This document shows positions 13,935-27,640 of a DNA stretch of 64,000 nucleotides, piece by piece. Under the pieces are notes generated by a model, which did not search any database, had not been told where the DNA came from, and was given only the letters and a program-made list of their open reading frames with translations. The stretch is taken from contig NW_026865473.1 of the NCBI RefSeq assembly GCF_026571515.1, forward strand, positions 1 through 64,000. The letters are read 5' to 3'. The stretch comes from Ruditapes philippinarum. Its lineage: Eukaryota. Numbering within the stretch: the stretch's first letter is position 1; each line of letters opens with the position of its first letter. A program made the translations under genes and the position numbers.

Positions 13935-16681
13935 TTAACACAGTGTATTCGCTATCGGGGCTTTCTTACTGAACACTGGTGTGCTTTGATAGTATAATAC
14001 AATCGTAATAATGATTTATGGATTCTTAGAATCCGTACTTTTATATTAATATCCCTATAGATGTTGTTGCCTTGTGTCATTGCAAAATTCAACGCATTCT
14101 ATATCGATGGCATACGCAGGTTGCAACATTAATGATCAGATTGCATGACTGCACAATTTTGTAACCTTCATATACAGCATGGAAACTTTCTGTCCAATTC
14201 GTTGTTCATGCTCTATCGATATGTTCATCAGAATGTAAGAGATTTGTTACACTCCAAAGCATTATGATTGGTATTAAGAATGACGTGTTGTTTTAATTTT
14301 ATGATGGTAAACAGAGCATATTATTTCCGCTTTTCTCGCATCGTAAATTGTCTTTCTTAAAGAGACTTAGTGCTTTCATGCGAACTGAAAATAAATAATA
14401 TTTTTAAAGTCATTTATTTAACGAATGGAAAAGCCTTCCGAAGTGTCATTCTTTTATTTTGAATGAGAATTATTTTTTTGTCTGCCTTGTAATGAATTTA
14501 GTTTTATAAATGTGTAACCGCCAAGTAAGTATTTCAACACTACATGTGTCGTTTATGAAGACAAAATCGAAAGTTCATCAGATAAATGTTGTATATATGT
14601 CCTCGTCCGTCTGTATTTAAGAAGTCCAAAGTTGTATCATTACGGACATTATAAATGCTTATATATGGTATTGAGCTTGTTTATTTTTAACAAGACTCTT
14701 ATGTGTGACAGGTCCTTGTTCACAATATGTTTACTGACTACAAAAATAAATCTAATGGGAGTCGTCACACCGAAACAATAAACATGAAATTCAATTAATT
14801 TATACCTTATATCGAAAAACTATCTTGTCTCTATTAACTATATAATAGTATATAAAGTTATATAATAGATTCGGACACATATTTCTTTTGAAAAAGTGAC
14901 ACACTTGTCAAAATAGTGGACTTTTTATTATAGTTGTTGTGCCGTGTATTGGCTGTTTACTTCTTGGAAACGTTTGAAGTTTAGTTGGCATTTACAACTT
15001 TGTAAAATGTCAATAAAAGCCGATTGATTGTTTCAATCAAGATAAGATTGGTACGTCTTCACAATGAAATATCAAAATTAAATTCAGGAAACTGCAAAAA
15101 AATTAAATCAAAAATATTATTATACATCCTGCAATTACACATGTTGACTTAGGGATTCATCTATTTATTCCAAGGAGACCATACACTGATTTCGTCGGCC
15201 GTACTGACTCGTTATTGTTAATCAAATCATTTAAATAAAGTTAATAAAAAAAAGTTATCCGCTAAGAATTGACATATACGAGTTAAAATAACGAGGATTT
15301 TGATTTAAAAAATAATTTATCCACAAACAATATTAAGAATATATTTCTTGTTCTTTCATGTTCTTTATAACTGATTATTTCAGCAAATTAATGTTGTCAC
15401 ACAACGGGTTTAAATTTATTCGTCTGCAGTTGGTCAAAAGTACTATTTCTTACTCATCGGGTAATATCGAAAAAATGAAATATTATTTAAGTATAAGATT
15501 CCTAATGCAGCACATACTTTTTGAAGAGTTCACATTTGGTGTCGGTTATATCTAGTTTACATTTGTTTTACTAAGTTTGCTTTAATATGCTCTATATCAT
15601 TCTTTTTTATTTTATGCTTTCTCTTTGACATATATAATTATGTTACTATGAATAGTTAGTGCAATCCCAATTAAATATTTTGTTGATGCCCATATGTTGT
15701 TCTCAACATGTTGTTTTGAACATATTTTTGTAATATTTGAAGGTAAGTCTTTCTTCCGCTTTTCTTTCACTTTTTAATTCAAGAATTAAGGAGACATAGT
15801 TTCAATAGGGGTCCGTAATGCTCCAATAACGCTTGATCCTTAAATAAATAAGATACAAATAAAGAATGTGTCTCATTCAAAACAAGTCTTCATAATCTTC
15901 GTTTTTCGTTCTTTACTATATAATTTACTGAATCCAAGAAAAGTATCTTGATTTATCCTGCTGCCAAAGGGGTTAATAACAAACTCATTTCTATCACGAT
16001 AATGTGTTGCAACATTAATGATAAATTTGCATGCTTGTACTGTAAAATTTTGTTAACATCGCACAATACTTGGAAACGTACTGTGCAATTGACTGTACAT
16101 GTATTATCGATAAATCAGTGATTGGTTACGTTTCAACGCATAATGACTGATAATAAAATCAATTATGTTGTAAAAGAGTATGATTTAGTTAATATGGTGA
16201 TAAACAAAGCATAAATATAACCCTTTTATTTTCACAGTGAATATGGTCACCCTGAGCAGAGATCAATGTTGTTCTGTGGTCTGGTTTTCTGTAGGCTAAA
16301 GTGTCATTTATTTAATGAAATAACATTCCGATAATGGGCCATGTAGAGGGCAGATGTGTTTCGTTATTTAATCAAGGTTATTCTGTTTGTTGTGAATGAG
16401 TAACCGCCCATATTTAACAGCACGATAGATGTCGTGCTTGTACGAATAATTGATAAAGTCATCGGAGGTATGTAGTATATACACGAGATTGCTCGTCTGT
16501 TTCTTTGGAACCTCAAGTTGAATGAGTGTTATGTCTATGAATACTAATCCCAGTAAGATAAAGATATCTAATCAAAAAATCGATCTGTTTATGTGTAATA
16601 TCATGAATTTTTTTAAAAAAATTTCGTTTTTGTTTGTTGTATTTTGTTTTCATTTTTCTAGTTTATCAATATTATATAGCC

Positions 16682-16715
16682 ATTATTATAGTTACTATTA
16701 TTATTATTATTATTA

Positions 16716-16772
<57 letters not shown>
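16682..16772. repeat. (ATT)n microsatellite
   Basis: About 30 slightly interrupted TAT/ATT triplets. Confidence 0.95.
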
Positions 16773-18762
16773 TTAAAGCGTGAACTTAATTTACAAATAA
16801 GTGTAAAGACTTAATATACTAGTCTTAAATTATGCTTAGAATAGTAAAGTAATTTTCAGAAAAGCTTTTGTTCGACTAAAGTATGCATGTGTAACAAAAT
16901 AATTTCGTCACGTTTATCTTTTGTTACTTTTGTATGGCATTAACAACTTTGTGAAATTTGAAATTATGATTTTGATAAGTAAGATTCGTTTGATGGATTT
17001 TGAGCCAGACAAAAAACAAATCTTTACAGCCTCCGCAATGATGCAAAAAACTGCATAATCGATAAAAATCTCGTATTATCGTAAATTCAGCAATGAGACA
17101 ATTTGACTCAGATATGTATCTATTTACGTCTCCATGATTTCCCAAGGAGACTATAAACTGAGGACATATCAATACTCCGCCTTGCCATACTAACTCAGTA
17201 AACTTAAATTACTTCCGTTTAATGTAATACGTCACCCGTTTAGATATAAGAGGACAATATGATGAAGAAGTTAAAAATATAAACTACCGTGCTTTAATTC
17301 CTTAAATTACAAAATATTTATTGTCAAATGAGTAGTAAATATTATCAGTAGCAAATTAATTCTTCATTATCATAAGTTATTTCTTTAAAAAAAACGATTT
17401 TAACAATTCATATAATAGCACAATTGTGAAGTTTTACCAATTATTTATCTTTTCTATTCAAATCGATTCCATTTTTTTTCAGATACTGGAATTGTAAGAT
17501 TTTTAATTGTTTCATTGATAATAAATCCCTGACTTAAATGTATGCAACTTTATTTCAAAGTTATTTCCCAAAGCACCAATGAAAATGTCTTAATCTTCAT
17601 CAATAAAAGCAAATAGTCGCATAAAAATATCGGCAGTCCTTGTACTTGTATACAATGGTAAAAGTTTTATGTGTCATTCATTTGTTGCAATATGAATGTT
17701 TTTTAAGTTTCCTCTTGTTTTTGCAATTACGTAGTAGAAAACATTACTAATGTTTTGTTTGTCGTATAAAATAATCTACATATATTTCATAATTTCTTTT
17801 TATAATGATCAGCAGAATCCAAGGAATATGATTTTACAAAATTTGATATTTTGACAGAGTGCAATAACAAAATATTTTGTATCACGATTATGTCTTGCAA
17901 AATTAATGATAAAATTGCATGGTTGCATAGTTTTAAAACCATCACAAACTCATGGAATGTTTTAGTTTAAATTGTTCTACATTCAGTATCAACGATTATA
18001 TCACAATATTAAATCTGATCAAATCATCCATTACAAAGAATCATTTTATAAAAAGGTCATCATCCGTGAAGTTAGAGTAGTAAAAGTAGATATTTCGAAT
18101 ACTACCTTTGAAAAGCACATACCTCTACTGTTTTAAATAGAAACTGATCCACTTCTAAGAACGCGAAAGCGGCCATTGATTGGCTTATTGAAGAGTCACG
18201 AGAAGGTTGCCTTTTAACTCGGTGGCCGTCAATGATAGCGTTATTTAGAAGCAGATATAATCGGATTGCAATAATTTTTTTGTAAAAGGCTTTGTCCGTT
18301 CAAGGTAAATCTAAAGGTAAGCGAAAGTAAAACAAGAAAATCCTTAGGTATTTTTGGAAAATTTTGCATTTGTTTCTATATGACATTTTGACTATGATAT
18401 CACTTAGAAATGTTTGACAGATTTTGTAACCAGATAAGGAAATGATATATATAACAGTCGTCACAATGGCTTATCTTATTTATCTGAAATAATCTAGCAT
18501 TATTGTAAATCCTGCAAAGAGACACGTTGAATCTCATCTATTTAATTTATGTCTCTATGGTTTTCTACAGATTGCACAAAATGATGACACATCAATGTCC
18601 CTTCGAATTCATACCATAACGATGTAAATAATTCACTTAAAGTAAAGTTCACATGAATGTTATTTGCCAACATAAGTTAAAGTAGCGAACATAAAGAATA
18701 AATCAATTAAGCGTTGAGCACAAAAAAAATCAAGATCCATTTCTGATAAAACTCATTATTCG

Positions 18763-19270
18763 CTTAGAGCAAAGGAATGGGTTTTTTTTAATATATAAAG
18801 CTATATATCTGATGCAAAATTTTTTTTTTTTTTTTTTTTTTTTTAAAGTAACTTCCAAAATGCCTGACTGTATGAATATAAGAAAATAACTTAGAGCAAA
18901 GAAATGGGGTTTTTAATGTGTAAAGCTATGTATCTGATGCAAAAATTGTTGTTTGAATTTTGTTTTTTAAAGTATACTTCCAAAATGCGACTGTATGAAA
19001 TAAAAACATGGTAATTTATTGCCTTAAAAACGAATGGTGCATGCACAAAATCCTTGCTAAATGGATAAATAAAAACTTACTTAAAATAGCAAAATAATAT
19101 TTTTCAGGAACATTTTATTCTGTATACGTACACTATTACTGTGTTTTAAATAACAGAGACATTCTATGTTACAACTGTTTCGGGAATCAACCATATAATA
19201 ATGGAACAATATAATTTTACTGTTGCTAAATTGTATTTAAATATTGCATAACATATAGATTTATACCCTT
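18763..19270 (+). repeat. Segment private to unit B, containing a ~127-bp tandem duplication and a poly-T tract; partly homologous to 42785-43005
   Basis: cttagagcaaag… repeated at 18763 and 18890; aacagagacattctatgtta..actgtttcgggaat.aaccata shared with ~42885-42930; absent from unit C. Confidence 0.75.
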
Positions 19271-21055
19271 AAAACGCCGTTCTCGTACTCGTCAGAAGTT
19301 AGTCAATGACGTTTTTACATACTCACTTGCTGATATGTATGTTTGATTTATATGTCTGTATAAATGAATTGATTTTGTCGTGCTTTAAAAATGATTTTTT
19401 TACAAAGCTATGTTATAACGTGAGTAATAACGTGGTATTACAACAACATATATCTTTACTTTTTCATTTTTAAGTTTTCGATGATAACATCTTTGTATGT
19501 TTTCTGTAAAATGATATGAGCAGTTTGCAAATTACTTGTCTTATTCATTCAAACAGTTTTCTCAACACCTAATAATTTAGATTATTTCATTTGAATAATT
19601 GTGTCTGCTCCTTTTCAATTAGTCATTTTCATAAAAGTGCATTTTATTTTTGTAAGTGGTAATTTGAATTGATGATCAATTAATTACCCTAGCATCATCT
19701 AGTGCACAAGAACAAGTACAACATAGCTGTGTGTTTTACAGTGTCGTATGTATTGCATCTATTTTATTATTGTCACTGTTGTAACATAAATGTCATTCAT
19801 TGTGCTGTTGAATCAATTTTAATTGTTTTCAATTTCCTGAATAAATGGTTTTATAACCTTATAATTTTGCTTGTATAACTACTGTGCTTACAACAAAGAT
19901 AATAATATAACCCTACCTGTTGACCTTGGTTAAATAAAAACATGTCTTATAGTATTAAATATAAATATTGGGATTATTTCATGTAAGGATGAAATTTAAT
20001 GAAGATAGTTCGAAATGAATAATGTCGCTTTTCTTAGTGATCATCACGGTTTTATCATTTGACAAGATTAATACGAAGACTGTTTCCAAACCTATAACTT
20101 TTAGGTTAACATCTGTTTGTTGATTCCATTGAATGAGGTAAAGTTACGGTTGTTGTCCTTCAGAATGACAATATTTGTCAAAATTAGATCTTAATAGCTT
20201 AAGGAACTGTTACTCAATCCAAGAACAATAGTTGGTTGATATTATGTACTCCGCTGGTTCTCCTGTTTTAAATACGGATGATTTTGTGAGATCTTTCGTT
20301 TATTTTAAGCAATATTTTATATGTAATCTTTTCATTCACATAATAAAGTACATTAATTTTTTTTTACGAATTGAGTAGGAAGCTCAAAAGGCTTTGTTTG
20401 TTTTTTAAAAGAAACTCCCTCGGTGAGAGATCTTTGTTTATCAATATTAAAATATATAGAGTATCGGCTTGAGAAAAAATTGTGGTCAATTTCACCAGAA
20501 CGGGCTCTTTCAATGATTCATATCATTTTTTTTTTCAAACTCATCATGCATTATATTAACAAATCCTTCAAAGTTTCATGTTTGTTTTTCAAAATTGTGA
20601 AAGTAAAATTTATTCAAGATATTCCGTTAATGTGACAGAATATTTAACGATCGGTCAATTTCAAATTAATATAAAGTCGTAAGATACACATAACTTACAA
20701 ATATTACGTATTTTCACGCATGTATTTCAATTATGATTTTATAAATACAAATCGTTTTTGCAATATCATATTTGCTACATGACAGATTTGCATAAATAAA
20801 AATAACAAGTATAGTTTACGGTACAGATGGCATTGCAACTTCAGTCATGCATGTTTAACACATTTTTATTGAATACAAGTAACCAATATTGACATATTTA
20901 GTGCTAGATATTCTTATCATGTTACCGGACTTGATACACAAATAACTATAAAGTACCATGGCATTGCACGACTAATTGTTTACGAATTAGGTTTCTATTG
21001 CCAGTACGCCATTGTGTCATTGATTTTAATTTCCTTAAATAAAACCCTGACTTAC

Positions 21056-21159
21056 AGAAACATCATGCTTTATCACTTGGTGATTTCCCAAAGCACCAAT
21101 AAAATGTCAAAGTCTTCATCATTAAACGCAGATTGTCGTAATAAATATCCAAGACATTC
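21056..21159 (-). pseudogene. Exon-like block 'a', unit C copy (104 nt, -1 frameshift)
   Basis: Same splice signals; one base missing from a homopolymer run relative to the unit B copy. Confidence 0.4.
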
Positions 21160-24119
21160 CTATAAGAAACTAGGCTAGAGAATTTTTTCTCCATAATGAT
21201 TGTTGAAATATCAAGCTGAACGTTATACAATATTTTTGTACTGATATTACTAAAAAGACTATAATTAAGCACCATTCTTCAGTTCATATAAAAATAGAAT
21301 AAAATGTCATCAACATACTTGCACTTTGCTTTGTTAGGTAATATGTTAAGTATATCCCTGAAACCCCTTCCATCTCATATAAACAGTAGAAAATGTGATT
21401 AGGTACAAAGGTACTTTTAACACAGTGCATTCGCTATCAGGACTTTCTTACTAAACACTGGTGTGCTTTGATAGTATAATACAATCATAATAATGATTAA
21501 TGGATTCTTAGAATTCGTACTTTTATATTAATATCCCTATATATGTTGTTGCCTTGTGTCATTGCAAAATTCAACGCTTTCTACATTGATTTCATACGCA
21601 GGTTGAAACATTAATTATCAGATTGCATGATTGCACAACTTTGTAACATTCATATACAGCATAAAACATTCTGTCCAACTCGTTGTTCATGCTCTATCGA
21701 TATGTTCATCAGAATGTAAGATATTTGTTACGCTCCAAAGCATTATGATTGGTATTAAGAATGACGGTGTTGTTTTCATTTCATGATGTTAAACAAAGCA
21801 TATTATTTCCGCTTTTCTCGCATCGTAAATTGCCTTTCTAAAAGAGACTAAATGCCTTTATGCGAACTGAAATAGTTATTTTTTTTAAATTCATTTATTT
21901 AATGAAATGGTAAGCCTTGCCGACGTGTTCTGTCGTCCTTTTATTTAGATTGAAAATAAATAATTGTGTCTGCCTTGGTAATGAATTCAGTTTTATAAAT
22001 GAGTAACCGCCTAGTAAGTATTTCAACATCGATAAGTTTATCAGAGAAATGTTGTATGTACGCCCTCGCCGTCTGTATTTAAGAAACCCAAGTTGTATGA
22101 TAAATGCTAATATATGGTATTGAGCTTGTTGATTTTTAACTAGACTCTTATGTGTGACAGGTCGTTGTTTACAATATGTTTACTGACTACAAAATAAATC
22201 TAATGGGAGTCGTCACACCGAAACAATAACCATAAAATTCAATAAATTTATACCTTATTTCGAAAAAATATCTTGTCTCAATTAACTATAAAATAGTATA
22301 TAAAGTTATATAATAGATTCGGACACAAATTTCTATTGAAAAAGTGACACACTTGTCAAAATAGTGGACTTTTTATTATAGTTGTTGTGCCGTGTATTGG
22401 CTGTTTACTTCTTGGAAACGTTTGAAGTTTAGTTGGCATTTACAACTTTGTAAAATATCAATAAAAGCCGATTGATTGTTTCAAGCAAGATAAGATTGGT
22501 ACGTCTTCACAATGAAATATCAAAATTAAATTCAGGAAAATGCAAAAAAATAAATCAAAAATATTATTATACATCCTGCAATTACACATGTTGACTTAGG
22601 GATTCATCTATTTATTCCAAGGAGACCATACACTGATTTCGTCGGCCGTACTGACTCGTTATTGTTAATCAAATCATTTAAATAAAGTTAATAAAAAAAG
22701 TTATCCGCTAAGAATTGACATATACGAGTTAAAATAACGAGGATTTTGATTTAAAAAATAATTTATCCACAAACAATATTAAGAATTTATTTCGTGTTCA
22801 TTCATGTTCTTTATAACTGATGATTTCAGCAAATTAATGTTGTCACACAACGGGTTTATTCGTCTGCAGTTGGTCAAAAGTACTATTTCTTACTCATTGG
22901 GTAATATCTCGAAAAAATGAAATATTATGTAAGTATAAGATTCCTAATGCAGCACCTATTTTTTGAAGAGTTCACATTCGGTGTCGGTTATATCTTTTTT
23001 ACATTCGTTTTACTAATTTTGCTCTAATATGTTCTACATCATTCTTTTTCATTTTATGCTTTCTCTTTGGCATATATAATTATGTTACTATGAATAGTTA
23101 GTGCAATCACAATTAAATATTTTGTTGATGCCCTATTTTGTTCTCAACTTGTTTTTTTTAACATATTTTTACAATATTTGCATGCATGTCTTTCGTCTGC
23201 TTTTCTTTCACATTTTAATTCAAGAATATAGGAGACATAGTTTCAATAGGGTCAGTAATGCTTCAAGAACGCTTGATCCTTAAATAAATAAGATACAAAT
23301 AAAGAATGTGTCTCATTCAAAATAAGTCTTCATAATCTTCGTTTTTCGTTCTTTACTATATACCGAATCCAAGCAATGGTATTTAAGAAAACTATCTTGA
23401 CCAAAGTGGTTAATAACAAACTCATTTCTATCACGATAATGTGTTGCAACATTAATGATAAATTTGCATGCTTGTACTGTAAAGTTTTGTTAACATCGCA
23501 TAATACTTGGAAACGTACTGTGCAATTGGCTGTACATGCAGTATCGATAAATCTATGAGACTGTAAGTGATTTGTTAAGTTTCAACGCATAATGACTTAT
23601 AATAAAATCAATGATGTTGTAAAAGAGTATGATTTAGTTAATATGGTGTTAAACAAAGCATAAATATAACCCTTTTATTTTCACATTGAATATGGTCACC
23701 CTGAGCAGAGATTAATGTTTGTGGTCTGGTTTTCTGTAGGCTAAAGTGTAATTTATTTAATGAAATAAAATTCCGATAATGGGCTTTGTAGAGGGCAGAT
23801 GTGTTTTGTTATTTAATCAAGGTTATTCTGTTTGTTGTGAATGAGTAACCGCCCATATTTAACAGCACGATAGATGTCGTGCTTGTACGAATAATCGATA
23901 ATGTCATCGGAGGTATGTAGTATATACACGAGATTGCTCGTCTGTTTCTTCGGAACCTCAAGTTGTATGAGTGTTATGTCTATGAATACTTATCCCAGTA
24001 AGATAAAGATATCTAATCTAAAAATGGATCTGTTTGTGTGTAATATCATGAATTTTTTATTGTTTTTTTATTCGTATTTGTTTGTTGTATTTTGTTTTCT
24101 TTTTTCTTGTTTATCAATA

Positions 24120-24281
24120 NNNNNNNNNNNNNNNNNNNNNNNNNNNNNNNNNNNNNNNNNNNNNNNNNNNNNNNNNNNNNNNNNNNNNNNNNNNNNNNNN
24201 NNNNNNNNNNNNNNNNNNNNNNNNNNNNNNNNNNNNNNNNNNNNNNNNNNNNNNNNNNNNNNNNNNNNNNNNNNNNNNNNN
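24120..24281. other. Assembly gap (162 N) at the position of the (ATT)n microsatellite of unit B
   Basis: Flanks (…tttatcaata / acaaataagtgtaaagact…) match those of the 16.7-kb microsatellite region. Confidence 0.95.
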
Positions 24282-27109
24282 ACAAATAAGTGTAAAGACT
24301 TAATATACTTGTCTTAAAATATGCTTAGAATAATAAAGTAATTTTCAGAAAAGCTTTTGTGCGACTAAAGTATGCATGTGTAACAAAATAATTTCGTCAC
24401 GTGTATCTTTTGTTACTTTTGCATGGCATTAACAACTTTGTGAAATTTCAAATTATGATTTTGATAAATAAGAATAGTTTGATGGATGTTGAGCCAGATA
24501 AGAAAGAAATCTTTACAGCCACCGCGATAATGTATCTAAATAAATGCAGAAAACTGCATAATCGAAAAGAGATTAATTACTTACGTTTAATGTAATACGT
24601 CACCTTTTGAGATATAAGAGGTCAAAATGATGAAGAATGTAGGAATATAATCTACCATACCTTAAATTTTCTTAAATTTCAAATTAGTTATTGTCAAATG
24701 AGTAGTAAATATTATCAGTAGCAAAATAATTCTTCATTATCATAAGTTATTTCTTTTAAAAAAACGATTTTAACAATTCATATATTAGCACAATTGTGAA
24801 GTTTTACCAATTATTATTCTTTTCCATTCAAATCGTTTCTATATTTTTTTTCAGATACTGGAATTGTAAGATTTTTAATTGTGTAATTGATTATAAATTC
24901 CTGACTTAAATGTATGCTACTTTATTTCAAAGTTATTTCCCAAAGCACCAATCAAAATGTCTTAATCCTCATCAATTAAAGCAAATTGTCGCATAAAAAT
25001 ATCGGCAGTCCTTGTACTTGTATACAATGGTAAAAGTTTTATTTGTCATTCATTTGTTGCAGTACAAATGTTTTTTTAAGTTTCCTCTTGTTTTTGCAAT
25101 TACGTAGTAGAAAACATTAATAATTTTTGTTTGTCGTATAAAATAATCTACATATATTACGGTATTACTTTTTATAATGATCAACGGAATCCAAGGAATA
25201 TGATTTTACAAAATTTGATATTTTGACAGAGTGCAATAACAAAATAGTTTGTAACATGATTATGTCTTGCAATATTAATGGCAAAATTGCATGGCTGCAC
25301 AGTTTTACAACCATCGCATACTCATGAAATATTCTAGTTTAAATTTTTCTACATTCAGCATCAATGATTATATCACAATATATAATCTTATTGCCATTAA
25401 CTCTGTTTCACCTTCTAATCGATTTGAATTTTCCAATCAAATCATCCGTTACAGAGAATCATTTTACAAAAAGGTCATCATCATTGGAGTTTGAATTGTC
25501 ATTAATTAAAAGTAGATATTTCGAATAATACCTTTAAATCGTGAAAATCACATACACGTTCCTGGCTTCACAAATGTTACAAAATAGAAACTGATCCACT
25601 TCCAAGAACGCGAAAGCGGTCACTGTTAGGCTTATTGAAAAGTCACGAGAATGTGGCCTCTAATCGGTAACCGTCAATCGTAGCGTTATTTAGAAGCAGG
25701 TTTAATAAAAGAAATTGTAAAAGCCTTTGTCCGTTAAAGGCAAATATAAAAGTAAAAAAATCAATGGGTATTTCTAGAAAATTTTGAATTTGTTTCTATA
25801 TGAAATTTCAGATTATGATATCACTTTGAGATGTTTTAACCAGATAAGAAAAGGATAAATTTAACAGTCACCACTATGTCTTATCTAATTTACCTGAAAT
25901 AATCTAGCATTATTGTAAATCCTGCGAAGAGACATGTTGAATCTCTATGGTTTTCTAAGGAGACCATAAAATGATGACACATCAATGTCCCTTCTATTTC
26001 ATACCATAACGATGTAAATAAATCACTTACGGTAAAGTTCACATGAATATAATTTACCAACTAAAGTTAAAATAACGAATATAAAGAACATATCAATTTA
26101 GCGTTGAGCACAAACAAGAAAAATCAAGTTTCATTTCTGATGAAATTCATTAGCCTTTTTAACCATAGAAATCTTTTTTTTAAACCCCGTTCTCGTACTC
26201 AATGACGTTTTTACATACTCACTTGCTGATATGTATATTTTATTTACATGCCTGTATGGATTGATTGATTTTTTGTCGTGCTTTTAATGACTATTTACAA
26301 AGTAATGTTACAACATATGTAAAAACGTCGTATTATAACTAAATATCTCTCCGCTATTAAAGAATAATTTTCAAAGTTTTCGATGATAACATCTGTGTAT
26401 GTTTTCCGTGGAACTAAAATAAGCATTTCGCAAATTACTTGTCTTTATTATTCAAATAGTTTTTTCACCACCTGGTTACTTAGATTATTTCATTTGAATA
26501 ATTATGTCTGCTCCTTTGTAATTAGTAAGTCATTTGCATAAAAGTGCATTTTATATTTGCAAATGGTATTTTGAATTTATGATCAATTACCCGTAGCCAC
26601 ATCTGATGCACAAGCACAATTACAACATAGCGGTGTGTCTTATATGTCATTGTACTTTTTTATTTTTTAAATGATCAATAATAAAATAGTGAAGAAGATA
26701 CAATTTATGAATTGTTTTGTCCTAATCAAAGCTATTATATAGGAGTGGTCAATAGAATCTTGTATAAAATAAAACATTTTAATTGAGTTTAAAATCATTA
26801 TTTAGAAAATAATGATGTAAACTTGACTCTATTCTAAAAACCGCATTTTTAAAAATCTAATGAGATAGAGTTATAAATAAACATCAAGGACAATAATTAC
26901 GATTATGTCATTTTAAGACACACTAAAATTGCATGTAGAATATTATGTATTTGTCCTTGAACTTTATTTGTCCAACACATTGTATTTACAAATGCTAGAT
27001 ACTATACATCATTAAAGCCTTTGATTAGCATTAGGCGTATTTCGAACTTCACAAGTGGAAATATATTTAAATAGATATTGTTAACTTTTAATAAAGACAA
27101 TGCGTATAA

Positions 27110-27640
27110 TATTTTAATTAAGAAACACCTTTTGCAACTGTCATAATATTTTAAAAACCAAGTCAGTCAAATTATGTTGGATCCCAAGCCACGTAGTAAA
27201 ACATGGAAATGAAAAAGTAGATGCTCTGGCTCAAAAATCCTTAAATTCTCATCCAGTATATTTATCGCTACCAAATAGTGATTTAAGTCATCAATAAGTA
27301 AACTTATTTTATCTAAAACGGAAATCAGATTGGTACAAAGCTGTAGGTAACACACTTCATAATATTAACCATTGTCTTGATAATTCACCAACTCCTTAAC
27401 CGTCATGTTGTTCTTCTTACATTTAGAATTAGACATACTAGAATTACACATAGTTATATTTTTACAGAAGCCGTTGTTCATTTTGTATAGCTTATAATGA
27501 ATGTTTACTGTCAAACATTTCCGAACTTGAATGCCATGATCTTACACATGTTCGTAATAGGTTTTATCCTGTCAAATCACTTTTATTGTATTTCACATAT
27601 GTCTGTACGTCAAGAATTTTGCTATATCAAATATCTTCTT
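27110..27640 (+). mobile_element. Decayed 3' end of a non-LTR retrotransposon ORF2 (RNase H C-terminus + CCHC-type region; I-group/Nimb-like)
   Basis: Translates VKLCWIPSHVVKHGNEKVDALAQKSLN (WIPSH-G-GNE-AD-LAK RNase H motif), then, across frameshifts, RIRHTRITHSYIF and TVKH…LECHDLTHVRNRFYPVKSL. Confidence 0.85.

Larger units (their letters stand above)
11613..19831 (+). repeat. Higher-order tandem unit B
   Basis: Starts at atttcctgaataaatg (11613), which recurs at 19832; collinear with A and C throughout. Confidence 0.92.
19832..26640 (+). repeat. Higher-order tandem unit C
   Basis: Collinear with B, with near-identical stretches such as 14900-15350 vs 22340-22790. A short continuation (cagtgtcgtatg...catctatttt) reappears at ~28050 after the LINE-containing interval. 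Confidence 0.92.

Noticed and set aside
14200-14215. In-frame TGA at a Cys-aligned position in block c (also ~21690) as selenocysteine, and the block-b hairpin as a SECIS
   Set aside because: Other stops and frameshifts surround it, and the hairpin lacks the AUGA/GA core; simple decay explains it.
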